Source of the DNA: Rhodothermales bacterium | GTDB taxonomy: Bacteria > Bacteroidota > Rhodothermia > Rhodothermales > VXPQ01 | DNA: 64,000 nucleotides | Reading direction: 5' to 3' | Assembly: GCA_965232485.1 (NCBI GenBank) | Contig: OZ246975.1 | Location: 936,959-1,000,958 of the forward strand | Shown: positions 35,664-43,535 of the stretch, in pieces | Layout of the letters: the number at the start of each line of letters is the position of its first letter | Numbering within the stretch: the first letter of the stretch is position 1 | The notes under the pieces: generated by a model | Seen by the model: only the letters and a program-made list of their open reading frames with translations | Database searches by the model: none | What the model was told of the DNA's origin: nothing | Program-made: the position numbers and the translations under genes

Positions 35664-36701
35664 TTAGAAGGACAGGCTCACGCCCATGCGATGGACCGCG
35701 CCGAAAAGTCCAAAGGCCGTATAGGCGTAATCCGCCGAGAAACCCACCGCCGACGTATCGTATTTCAGACCGCCGCCCAGGCTGACGCTCTGTTCGTCCG
35801 TCGGATAGGTATACCCTGCGCGCACGGACACCATATCCATGAATGTGTATTCTCCGCCTGCTTTGATTTGCTCGGAGAAGTCCCTTGGACGCTCTGCTTC
35901 CAGCGAAAAGCGCAAGGCGTGCACATTCGGGTCCATGGCCGTGAGGTCAAGCACATTCATGGATACGCCCACGTTGAAGGTGAGCGGCAACTCGAAGTTC
36001 TCCTGCACATAGCGTAACTCCCGCGCAAAGTTGCGTACGCTCATGGCAAGGTTCAGGCTGCGAAATCCGGTGCGGTACATCAATCCGAAGTCGAACGCCA
36101 CGGTAGACGTAGAATTAGACTCGGTGGTCCCGTCCGACGACAAGATCGCTTCGGAAAGATCCTGCAGAACGTACTTGGCGTTGCCGCCTACGCCGAACCG
36201 ATCCGTTACGGCGACCCCGTACCCAAGGCCGATCGCCATGGCGGAAGGCTCGGGATTGCTTACGTTCAACTCGCCGTATTCCTGATACCCCCGCTCGTTG
36301 GTCGCCGCAATAGTGCCGATGATGCCGCCCCCGTAATCGGCGAACAGCAACGAAGCCCCGAACACCCCGTAATTCGTACGGACGGCGGCGCTCGCCGTAT
36401 TGTAGGTGATGTCCGCAATCCAGTTCGTAATGCCGAACCCTGCGCTGAACCGGTTTTCCATCCAGCCCATGGCCGCCGGATTATAGAACATGGCCGCCGA
36501 CGAAGCGAATTCGCTGGCCGTTATGGCGTCGCTCTGCGCCGCCGCGCGCGGATGCACGGATATCTCGAGGAACTTGAAGTTCGTCTGCGCCAGTTTGTCC
36601 GTACCGACGTCTTCGGTCGTGATCTGCGCAAAGGCTCCCGGTGCGGTAAACACAGCAAGCGCTGCAAGGACGATCAGGGTTGTGTAGCGGTGATAGGTCA
36701 T
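35664..36701 (-). CDS. PorV/PorQ-like (FadL-fold) outer-membrane beta-barrel (module B)
   Basis: Trimmed to ATG 36701 (MTYHRYTTLIVLAALAVFTAPGAFAQ). FKFLEISVHPRAAAQSDA..AMFYNPAAMG resembles the PorV/PorQ N-terminal signature. The C-terminus is MGVSLSF. Paralog of 52195-53283. Confidence 0.62.
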   Translation of the reverse strand: MTYHRYTTLIVLAALAVFTAPGAFAQITTEDVGTDKLAQTNFKFLEISVHPRAAAQSDAITASEFASSAAMFYNPAAMGWMENRFSAGFGITNWIADITYNTASAAVRTNYGVFGASLLFADYGGGIIGTIAATNERGYQEYGELNVSNPEPSAMAIGLGYGVAVTDRFGVGGNAKYVLQDLSEAILSSDGTTESNSTSTVAFDFGLMYRTGFRSLNLAMSVRNFARELRYVQENFELPLTFNVGVSMNVLDLTAMDPNVHALRFSLEAERPRDFSEQIKAGGEYTFMDMVSVRAGYTYPTDEQSVSLGGGLKYDTSAVGFSADYAYTAFGLFGAVHRMGVSLSF

Positions 36702-36780
36702 TGAATCCTTTCTGGTTAGGTCCTGAGCGTATCCCCGGCGACCGCCGCAAGGACGGCGGCCGGGGATGCTACGCGCGTGT

Positions 36781-39027
36781 CTACCGGATGATGATAAATT
36801 TCTGGATGGCCTGCTCGCCCGACGCAAGGTCGGTGATCACGGCGATGTAAATGCCGCTCGCAACCACCTGCCGCGAAGAAGTCGTCAGATCCCAGAATTC
36901 GTCGCCGCTCCCGTCCAGGTGATCGATCGTCCGAATCAATTCGCCCAGTTCGGAAAATATCTGGATGCGCGCTTCGCCCGGAAGCTCATAGAAAGCCATG
37001 CGATCCTGCACGTCGAGACGCACCGCCGGGTCTGCGTCGATGTGATAGGGATTCGGCACGATGCGTATTTCGCTCAGCGAATTGCCGGGCGGACGCTTCA
37101 GCGTGGCCGGGTTGTAGGTTTGCGCATAGTAGCGGCTGGTCTTCGTCCCGTCGCTGCCTATTCCTATCAGGTAATAGTAATACGAACCGCCCCGGACCAC
37201 CTCGGCGTCCTCGTAGGTCGTTGCGTTGCCCGGCAGCTCCGCGGCAAGGGAGTACTCGCGCGCCACGTCCGGAACGCCTATGCCGCCCGGACCTTCTTCA
37301 AGGACCGAAACAATTCCGGAATAATGCTTCTGCGCGCGCCACACCTGCCACGAAGCGGGTGCGGACGTAGCCGTCCAGTCGAGAACGATTTTGTCCGTGC
37401 CGGACGTCACGATAAACGACGTGGGGGGCGGCGGCGGGTGCGGCGCATTCAGCCCGCCATTGTACGTGTCTATGGCGCGCTGGAAAGTATCGAACAGCGA
37501 ATCGCGCGCCGTCATAAACCACTCGTTCTTCGTCATCTTCTCGTCGTCGTCGATGACGCCGTTGCCGTTGGCGTCGAATTCGATGACCAGATCGTTGTCG
37601 CCGTCCCGAGGCGGACTGCCGTGCATATCGCCGGACAGCTTGTAGGTCCGACCGATATGCCAGGCTGCTTCGTCGCTGAGTCCCGCAGCGGCCTCGGCAA
37701 TGACGATCTTCACTTCTTCGCCATGCGCTATGTCGTACGGCCCGAATGCATACGCGAAGCCCCACCCGCCAGCGCCGGCGCCCCCGTTGGGATCGTTGGA
37801 CTGATTGGCGAAATCGGGATCCGAGTCATAGGGCGAATCGGTGGTCAAACCCATCACGAGACCTGCCTGGGTCGGCCAGGAACGCCCCGTACATTCCGCA
37901 TCCCCCGGCCTGGCGATGCCGCCAGTCGGCGCAGAGGTGGATCCGCACTGGAACCAGTCGTACTGCTCCAGCATGAGGTCCCGCTTGTTGTGCGTAGGTT
38001 CGCTGGTCAGCTTTCCGTAATCGGAATTGAGATACGTCACCATGGAAGGCTGTCCCGGATCGTCGGGACGGCTTTCCCCCGAAGCATGCGCCTCCGTGTC
38101 CGCATGGATAGTCACTGAGCCCGTGAAATTGGCGCTGCCAAGCCTTCCAAGGGTATCCGCCGGGAAACCCCATTGATGGTCGGCCCAGAACGGATTCCCC
38201 AGCGTATTCACCAGGTACCCGGTCGGCTTGACATTTCCGAGCCACGCAAACGAAGCGCGCATGTCCACGCCGTAATCGTTCAATCCGTCGCCTATGGCGT
38301 CGTTCATGGTGTACTGCCCCCAACCCACGCCGCCTGCGCTATTTCCCCACGCGCCCGCGAATCCGGCGCCCGTCGGACGCTCCAGGAACGCAATGTACAC
38401 GCCTTCCAGATCGTTCTCTACTTCGATATCGGGGTCTCCGTCCTGATTCCCCGTATTCGTGAAGGTGTACTCGATGATGTGGTAGTTGTCATGATCCTCA
38501 TGACTCCACGCCATGGCGCGGCGGAGCGCCGTGATCCCGATGGAAGAGTTAATCTCCGAAACCACCATGCGGTCCGGACCCATGCTTCCGTCCACCTCGT
38601 CCGGAACCACAGGCTGAAGGAAGGTATCCGCTCCGTCCACCTGCACCGTCACCGGTTCGTATCGGGAATACAGCAAATGGGATATGCTGAACACCTCGCC
38701 AATGCCGGGAGCGCGAGGCCCCGTGTGCGAGATGCGGACGTCGTATTGCTGTCCGGTTTCCCCATGGGTCACGTTCTTCGCGCCGATCCAGAACCCTTTC
38801 CAGCGGCTGTACCCCGCAGCAGGACGAATGGCCGGATAGTTCCAGACCACGTCGCTTCGCTCCGGGTTGGCCCCGCCGGACAGGTACCAGCTCTGGAAGT
38901 CGCCTACGCTAAGCCATTTGGGAATCCACTGAGCCTTTGCATCCTCTACCGGCGCAAAGAGCATAAGCGCCAGCGCCAGCCCGGCTGCCATAAGCCCCGA
39001 CGTACGGATGTGATGAGTGATTCGCAT
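36781..39027 (-). CDS. Secreted protein of unknown family with T9SS type-A C-terminal sorting domain (module B cargo)
   Basis: The track start 39045 is TTG; I use ATG 39027. Has a signal peptide (..LMLFAPVEDAKAQ). The N-terminal domain is unassigned. DANGNGVIDDDE is a Ca-binding-like loop and PPPPTSF..LDW is FN3-like. The CTD reads IVPNPYH..ARIQIFSELGELIRTI..SGIYIAVITD..QKFIIIR. Confidence 0.7.
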   Translation of the reverse strand: MRITHHIRTSGLMAAGLALALMLFAPVEDAKAQWIPKWLSVGDFQSWYLSGGANPERSDVVWNYPAIRPAAGYSRWKGFWIGAKNVTHGETGQQYDVRISHTGPRAPGIGEVFSISHLLYSRYEPVTVQVDGADTFLQPVVPDEVDGSMGPDRMVVSEINSSIGITALRRAMAWSHEDHDNYHIIEYTFTNTGNQDGDPDIEVENDLEGVYIAFLERPTGAGFAGAWGNSAGGVGWGQYTMNDAIGDGLNDYGVDMRASFAWLGNVKPTGYLVNTLGNPFWADHQWGFPADTLGRLGSANFTGSVTIHADTEAHASGESRPDDPGQPSMVTYLNSDYGKLTSEPTHNKRDLMLEQYDWFQCGSTSAPTGGIARPGDAECTGRSWPTQAGLVMGLTTDSPYDSDPDFANQSNDPNGGAGAGGWGFAYAFGPYDIAHGEEVKIVIAEAAAGLSDEAAWHIGRTYKLSGDMHGSPPRDGDNDLVIEFDANGNGVIDDDEKMTKNEWFMTARDSLFDTFQRAIDTYNGGLNAPHPPPPPTSFIVTSGTDKIVLDWTATSAPASWQVWRAQKHYSGIVSVLEEGPGGIGVPDVAREYSLAAELPGNATTYEDAEVVRGGSYYYYLIGIGSDGTKTSRYYAQTYNPATLKRPPGNSLSEIRIVPNPYHIDADPAVRLDVQDRMAFYELPGEARIQIFSELGELIRTIDHLDGSGDEFWDLTTSSRQVVASGIYIAVITDLASGEQAIQKFIIIR

Positions 39028-39079
39028 GGTGTATCTCAGATTCAAATGTCAGGAAATTTGCGTCAGCGAGGCTTTTGCG

Positions 39080-42000
39080 TCAGAAGGAGAGCCGCAGCCC
39101 GAAGAACACATTGCGCGGGTTCAGGAACTGCTGCCACATCCGGTTCGGCATGTTGATGTACGCCTTGTCCTCCAGCACCTTGTCCACTTCGCTCTGGTTC
39201 GCCGCCGAGAAGGAACCGTTGCTCCACTTGTAGTACTTCTGCTCCTCCAGCACATAGTAAAGCGGCCGGTCTTCGCCGGTTTCGGGCAACGACCCCTGAA
39301 TGATCGGCACGAACGCTACGCCGGGTCCGCGGAAATCGCCGGGCTGATCGTCGCCGTACAAACCGCCGTCCGGAGAATCGGGGAGGGTGCTCTGCGGCAG
39401 ATGGAGCGACGACATGTAATTGGTCAGGTCCTGCTGCCCCGCGCCGAACAGATTGCCGCCTGCGTGATACAAGTGACGAATGTTCAGGGCGTTCGTAAGG
39501 TCCACGAAGAACTGCGCCGAGCCGACGCTCGTGTTGAAGCTCTTGCTAAGCCGCATGTCGAGCGTGTAATAGTCCTTCCAGCGGACGTTCCCTTGCAGTT
39601 CGCGATCGCCGCTTCCCGCCGCGCTGGTCAGACTCTGGCCATCCCACGTAAGCGTAAGGCCCTGTCTCCATTCCCCGAGGAAATTGATCCGCCAGTCGCC
39701 AAGCGGATAACTGCCGCCGAGGCTGGGCCCAAGGGTCTTCGGAAGAATCAGTTCGACATTGAAGCGGGCGAAGGGCTCCGGAACCGGCTTGCTCGTGTAG
39801 TGCTCCGTCGTGGTCCGGACAAATTCATCCTGTTCCGTCCGGTTTTCGTCGAAGCTGCTGAACCCGAAGTTGCCCGTCTTGCGCACCAGGTAGGTGTAGT
39901 TGACGAATCCGCGCACCCAGTCGCCCCGGTTTCTGGAGATGGTGGCCTCGAAACCCCGCACGTCGCCGTAGTTCCAGGGCAGCGACTTGCCGTAGCTAAC
40001 GAGGTCGTCCAGGCTGATGTACCGCACGAAACGCGGCTGCTGGCTCAGGTCGCGGTAATACCCGGACAAACGAAGCAGGTATTGATCGAACAGGTTCTGG
40101 TCGAAGCCAAGTTCGTACGCCACCGTCTTGGGCATCGGGTGGTCCGGATTGCCGATCGCCACCAGCGCGCCCGCGGAACCTTCCTCGAGGTTGAAGAGGT
40201 CGTGCGGGTTGAGCGCATTGCGGAAATGCCCGTAGTTGAAGTACAGTTTGCTGTCTTCGGTCACCGGGAAGGAAATGCCGATCCGCGGGCTCAGGGCGAC
40301 TTGCCGTTCCGTGGGTTCCTGACTGAGCTCCTCGTCGATGCGGGCGCGCCCGATCGCGGCGGAGAAGGTGCGTTCGAACGTATCGTAGGTATACCAATCG
40401 CCGCCCGCATGGAAATAATCCAGCCGTACCCCCACGTTGGCCACCATGCCCCGGAATTCCAGCTTCGACTGGGCATAGGTCGCGGCCTGCTGCGGCTTGC
40501 GATTCCAGAGCCGCTTGGGATTCGTATGGTGCGGGTGCTCCGGATCGTCCTCGCCGAAGTCCGTATCGTAGTTCGAGTAGATGTACTCGACGCCCGCCTT
40601 GACCAGCATGAACCGGTTGCGCTGGCTGGTAATGTCGAACCGGCCCGTGAAACGGTTTACCGCCGAGCTGTCGTACCCGCTGCCCCAGTGCCCGGAAGTG
40701 CGAACGCCAAGCCCGAGCTTGTCGAAGTCGTCGCTGATGCTGAATCCATAGGGCTCCTCGTCCAGCATGATGCCGCCGCCGAGATAGGGAATGTTCGCCG
40801 TTTCGTCGCGGGCGCGCACCGTCCTCGTAAAGTAGTCCGTCGTGGAGTTCTGAAGCTGCACTTCATAGAAAGTCTTGGCGTTCAGCGTATGCGTGAACTG
40901 CGCGCCGACCATGGTGCGATCCACGTCCATGAGGTTGTACAACATGGGGGCGAAATAGGCGCCCATGTCATGGCCAATGCCGAACATCGTCTGGTGGCCG
41001 CCTTGCCACGGATAATAAAACGTATCTCCCGTGGTCAGATTCGGCCAGCCCGCCTCGTTGCGGTTAAGGCCCAATTGCGTGGACAACATGCCCTGCACGA
41101 TCAGTTTCATGCCGGGCGCCACGTTCGAAATGATTTTTGCTTGTCCCACGCGCTCCGTAAAAGCGTCGCGTTCATAGCCGCCCATCGCGTACCCGGTCTG
41201 TATCTGGCGGAACGAAGCTGTAAACCGCATATCGCCCACCAACTGGTGCAGACCCGGCACCGGCCCGCCAATGGTGGCGTCGAATTCGTAGTCGGGCTTC
41301 TGGACCGACACGTCTTTACGCAGGTAATGGTCGAAATAAACCTGCTGGAGTTCCCGCGCGGTGAACGTCCGGCCCAACGCCATAACCTCCGGACGGTTGT
41401 TGTAGTCGTCCGCGATCTTGTTCCAACCCCCCTCGAAGGAATCGTATTCGCGCTGCATCCAGGAAGGCCAGTTCTGCGTGCCCTCGAACGCCACGGCCGG
41501 ATCCGTCAGCGGACGGAGGTGAAAACTGTTATTGGAACTGATCATATCGACTTCGTTCCCGTCTACGTCCACGCCCGGAAAATTCTTCTGCGCCGCGGGA
41601 CTGTACCGCACGATGGCGTCCACGAAGTACTGGTTCTCTTCCGGTTCTTTCGTGATCACGTTCACCAGTCCCGAACGCACGTTGCCGTACTCCGCATTGA
41701 AACCGCCCGTCTGCACCTGCACTTCCTGGACCGACGTGTAGCTTACGCCCGTATACGGCGTGTTGTCGCGTCCGCTGGTCATCGACAGGCCGTCCACCAT
41801 AAACTGTATCTGGTCCCCGCCGAAACCGCGCACGGTAAGGCCGCGCTCGAAACCGGCCTGCAACCCGATGACCCGTTCGATGTCGGTCAACGGGATGTTC
41901 TCGATCTCCTCAGCGGTGATGTTCGCCACGCTGGCCGACACGTCGCGCTGCACCACGGGGCGGACATCCGTAACGACCACCTCTTCGAGGCCCACCGCCT

Positions 42001-42310
42001 CTTCCTGCAACACGAAGTTCAGCTCCGTGGTCAGGTCGATATTGACGCGCACGGCTTCATACACCTCGGAGGCGTACCCGATGAAGGAAGCCCGCACATC
42101 GTACGATCCGGGGCGCACATTCACAATGAAGTAGTACCCCTCCGCATCGGTGATGGCGCCTTGCGTCGTACCCATAATGGCCACATTGACGCCCGGCAAC
42201 GCTTCGCCGGTAGAGGCTTCCGTAACCTGGCCGGATATTTTACCCGTTTGAGCCCAGGCAGAGGCTGGAAGAAAGAGAATAAGCGCAAACAGTAGCTTTG
42301 CGAGTCTCAT
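39080..42310 (-). CDS. Large (1076-aa) TonB-dependent receptor with CarboxypepD_reg N-domain, no SusD partner (module B)
   Basis: MRLAKLLFALILFLPASAWAQ signal. GKISGQVTEASTGEALPGVNVAI..GYYFIVNVRPGSYDVRASFIGY is CarboxypepD_reg-like. LEEVVVT is a TonB-box-like stretch. The barrel ends FGLRLSF. Confidence 0.9.
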   Translation of the reverse strand: MRLAKLLFALILFLPASAWAQTGKISGQVTEASTGEALPGVNVAIMGTTQGAITDAEGYYFIVNVRPGSYDVRASFIGYASEVYEAVRVNIDLTTELNFVLQEEAVGLEEVVVTDVRPVVQRDVSASVANITAEEIENIPLTDIERVIGLQAGFERGLTVRGFGGDQIQFMVDGLSMTSGRDNTPYTGVSYTSVQEVQVQTGGFNAEYGNVRSGLVNVITKEPEENQYFVDAIVRYSPAAQKNFPGVDVDGNEVDMISSNNSFHLRPLTDPAVAFEGTQNWPSWMQREYDSFEGGWNKIADDYNNRPEVMALGRTFTARELQQVYFDHYLRKDVSVQKPDYEFDATIGGPVPGLHQLVGDMRFTASFRQIQTGYAMGGYERDAFTERVGQAKIISNVAPGMKLIVQGMLSTQLGLNRNEAGWPNLTTGDTFYYPWQGGHQTMFGIGHDMGAYFAPMLYNLMDVDRTMVGAQFTHTLNAKTFYEVQLQNSTTDYFTRTVRARDETANIPYLGGGIMLDEEPYGFSISDDFDKLGLGVRTSGHWGSGYDSSAVNRFTGRFDITSQRNRFMLVKAGVEYIYSNYDTDFGEDDPEHPHHTNPKRLWNRKPQQAATYAQSKLEFRGMVANVGVRLDYFHAGGDWYTYDTFERTFSAAIGRARIDEELSQEPTERQVALSPRIGISFPVTEDSKLYFNYGHFRNALNPHDLFNLEEGSAGALVAIGNPDHPMPKTVAYELGFDQNLFDQYLLRLSGYYRDLSQQPRFVRYISLDDLVSYGKSLPWNYGDVRGFEATISRNRGDWVRGFVNYTYLVRKTGNFGFSSFDENRTEQDEFVRTTTEHYTSKPVPEPFARFNVELILPKTLGPSLGGSYPLGDWRINFLGEWRQGLTLTWDGQSLTSAAGSGDRELQGNVRWKDYYTLDMRLSKSFNTSVGSAQFFVDLTNALNIRHLYHAGGNLFGAGQQDLTNYMSSLHLPQSTLPDSPDGGLYGDDQPGDFRGPGVAFVPIIQGSLPETGEDRPLYYVLEEQKYYKWSNGSFSAANQSEVDKVLEDKAYINMPNRMWQQFLNPRNVFFGLRLSF

Positions 42311-42450
42311 GGGCCGATTCCCCCGGATATGGTTTTACGTGAGTAGTCGTGGCGTAATGACATTCGTTGGACGCGCCCCTTTGCGTCAGCGCAGGGACGC
42401 CGCGTAAGCATAAAATCTGCTACGTTCTGATAAGATAAACTTAATTAAAC

Positions 42451-42479
42451 AAAATACAAGAGAAATTTTTTTTAACAAG
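42451..42479 (-). promoter_or_regulatory. AT-rich element upstream of module B receptor (putative promoter/UP region)
   Basis: aaaatacaagagaaattttttttaacaag is the only strongly AT-rich patch in the 265-nt gap. It shares the exact 13-mer agaaatttttttt with 59351-59376. It lies ~150-160 nt upstream of the start codon. Confidence 0.3.
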
Positions 42480-42575
42480 CCGCCCCGGGGACATGCCCGC
42501 TTCGCCCGACGCCAGGCATTTTCCCGGAGGACGTCCGGCGTACGCGCGCGGCCCTCGCCGAACGGAGCGTTTCCC

Positions 42576-43535
42576 TCAATTTTCTTCCGGCGAGCGGAAA
42601 CCGGCCTCTTCGATGGCTTCGCGCGGCGGGAGCCACTGCTTTTCGAGACGGTACCCCGCGCCCACGAATCCGAATCCGTTCTGCACGTTCCGCATGACGT
42701 TCGGCTGCGCCAGGATATCCCGGTCGAATATTCCTCCGGGCGGATCCCAGGCCTCGCTGGCGACGATCAACCGCAACGTCGCGTTCAGCAGAATGACGCC
42801 CACTTGCAGGTCGATCCCTACGTCGATCTGTTGCGCCAGACTCGCGGTGACTTCCAGAAAATCCTCCCGCAGGTCCACCGGAACGATCCAGCCCTCGCTT
42901 GTTTTTTCATGCCGCAGAAGGTAGGGAATGACAATATTATCCGATTCGATGTCCGGCCCGTTGGCGATCTTGTACGCTATGGCGTAACGCACCTCCACCT
43001 GCACCAGGCCGGGCGCGTCCCCCTGCACCAGCGCCGGCTGCACGACGGAAGCAAAACGAATCACCGGCTCCTGGATTACGATTTCCGCCTCGGGCGGCAC
43101 CGTCGTCTCGACCGTAGATTCCGCGCCGTCCGAACGAATGGCCGAAATTTCGTAGGTATGCCCGAAGCGGGCCCGGAACGGGGCGTAATACACGTGTGCA
43201 TACTGATCCGCAAAATCCACGATGACGGAATCGCGCCAGGCGTATCGCTCGCCGGTCGTACGGTCTACGGAAACAACTTGTACGTCCAGCGGCTCCGGCG
43301 TGGCGGGAACGAGGCGTTGCTCCACCGGGAAAACCCGCACCCACTGCGAATCGAGTTGGGGGGACAACACCCCATACATCGAATACGGCATATTCGTCCC
43401 GACGACCGCCACGACATCCTCCTCGCAAGCGCTCAAGCCAAGAAGCGCCGCAAAGATGCACGGAACGAATGCGGCCCGGAACGCGAAACGCCGGCTCGCC
43501 CAGAGACCATGCGATATATTCCGTACGAACCTCAT
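42576..43535 (-). CDS. DUF4249-like lipoprotein (module A)
   Basis: 319 aa. Lipobox LLGLSAC followed by EEDVV. Its start overlaps the upstream TBDR stop (ATGA). Paralog of 24479-25567. Confidence 0.55.
   Translation of the reverse strand: MRFVRNISHGLWASRRFAFRAAFVPCIFAALLGLSACEEDVVAVVGTNMPYSMYGVLSPQLDSQWVRVFPVEQRLVPATPEPLDVQVVSVDRTTGERYAWRDSVIVDFADQYAHVYYAPFRARFGHTYEISAIRSDGAESTVETTVPPEAEIVIQEPVIRFASVVQPALVQGDAPGLVQVEVRYAIAYKIANGPDIESDNIVIPYLLRHEKTSEGWIVPVDLREDFLEVTASLAQQIDVGIDLQVGVILLNATLRLIVASEAWDPPGGIFDRDILAQPNVMRNVQNGFGFVGAGYRLEKQWLPPREAIEEAGFRSPEEN

Noticed and set aside
36781-39027. Calling the cargo proteins peptidases, glycoside hydrolases or SusD-like proteins.
   Set aside because: I could not recognise any catalytic or SusD/TPR-like signature in the ~500-aa N-terminal regions. 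Only the Ca-binding-like loop, FN3-like segment and T9SS CTD are supportable, so the family is left unassigned.
39017-42295. 1092-aa plus-strand ORF covering the whole module B receptor gene. Similar giants occur at 53296-55887, 55866-57788, 33914-35785, 21258-22628, 36766-38118, 43469-44776, 45969-47303, 49180-50442, 51997-53295, 2613-3818, 8349-9404(-) and 18400-19509(-).
   Set aside because: I checked codon phase for seven of these pairs (39017, 53296, 55866, 33914, 21258, 8349(-), 18400(-)). In every one the antisense ORF shares codon boundaries with the real gene. In that frame, stops arise only from sense codons TTA, CTA or TCA, which are very rare in this GC-rich genome. The translations are R/H/V/A/G-rich low-complexity strings with no recognisable motifs. 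The opposite strand carries clear receptor, enzyme or lipoprotein signatures.
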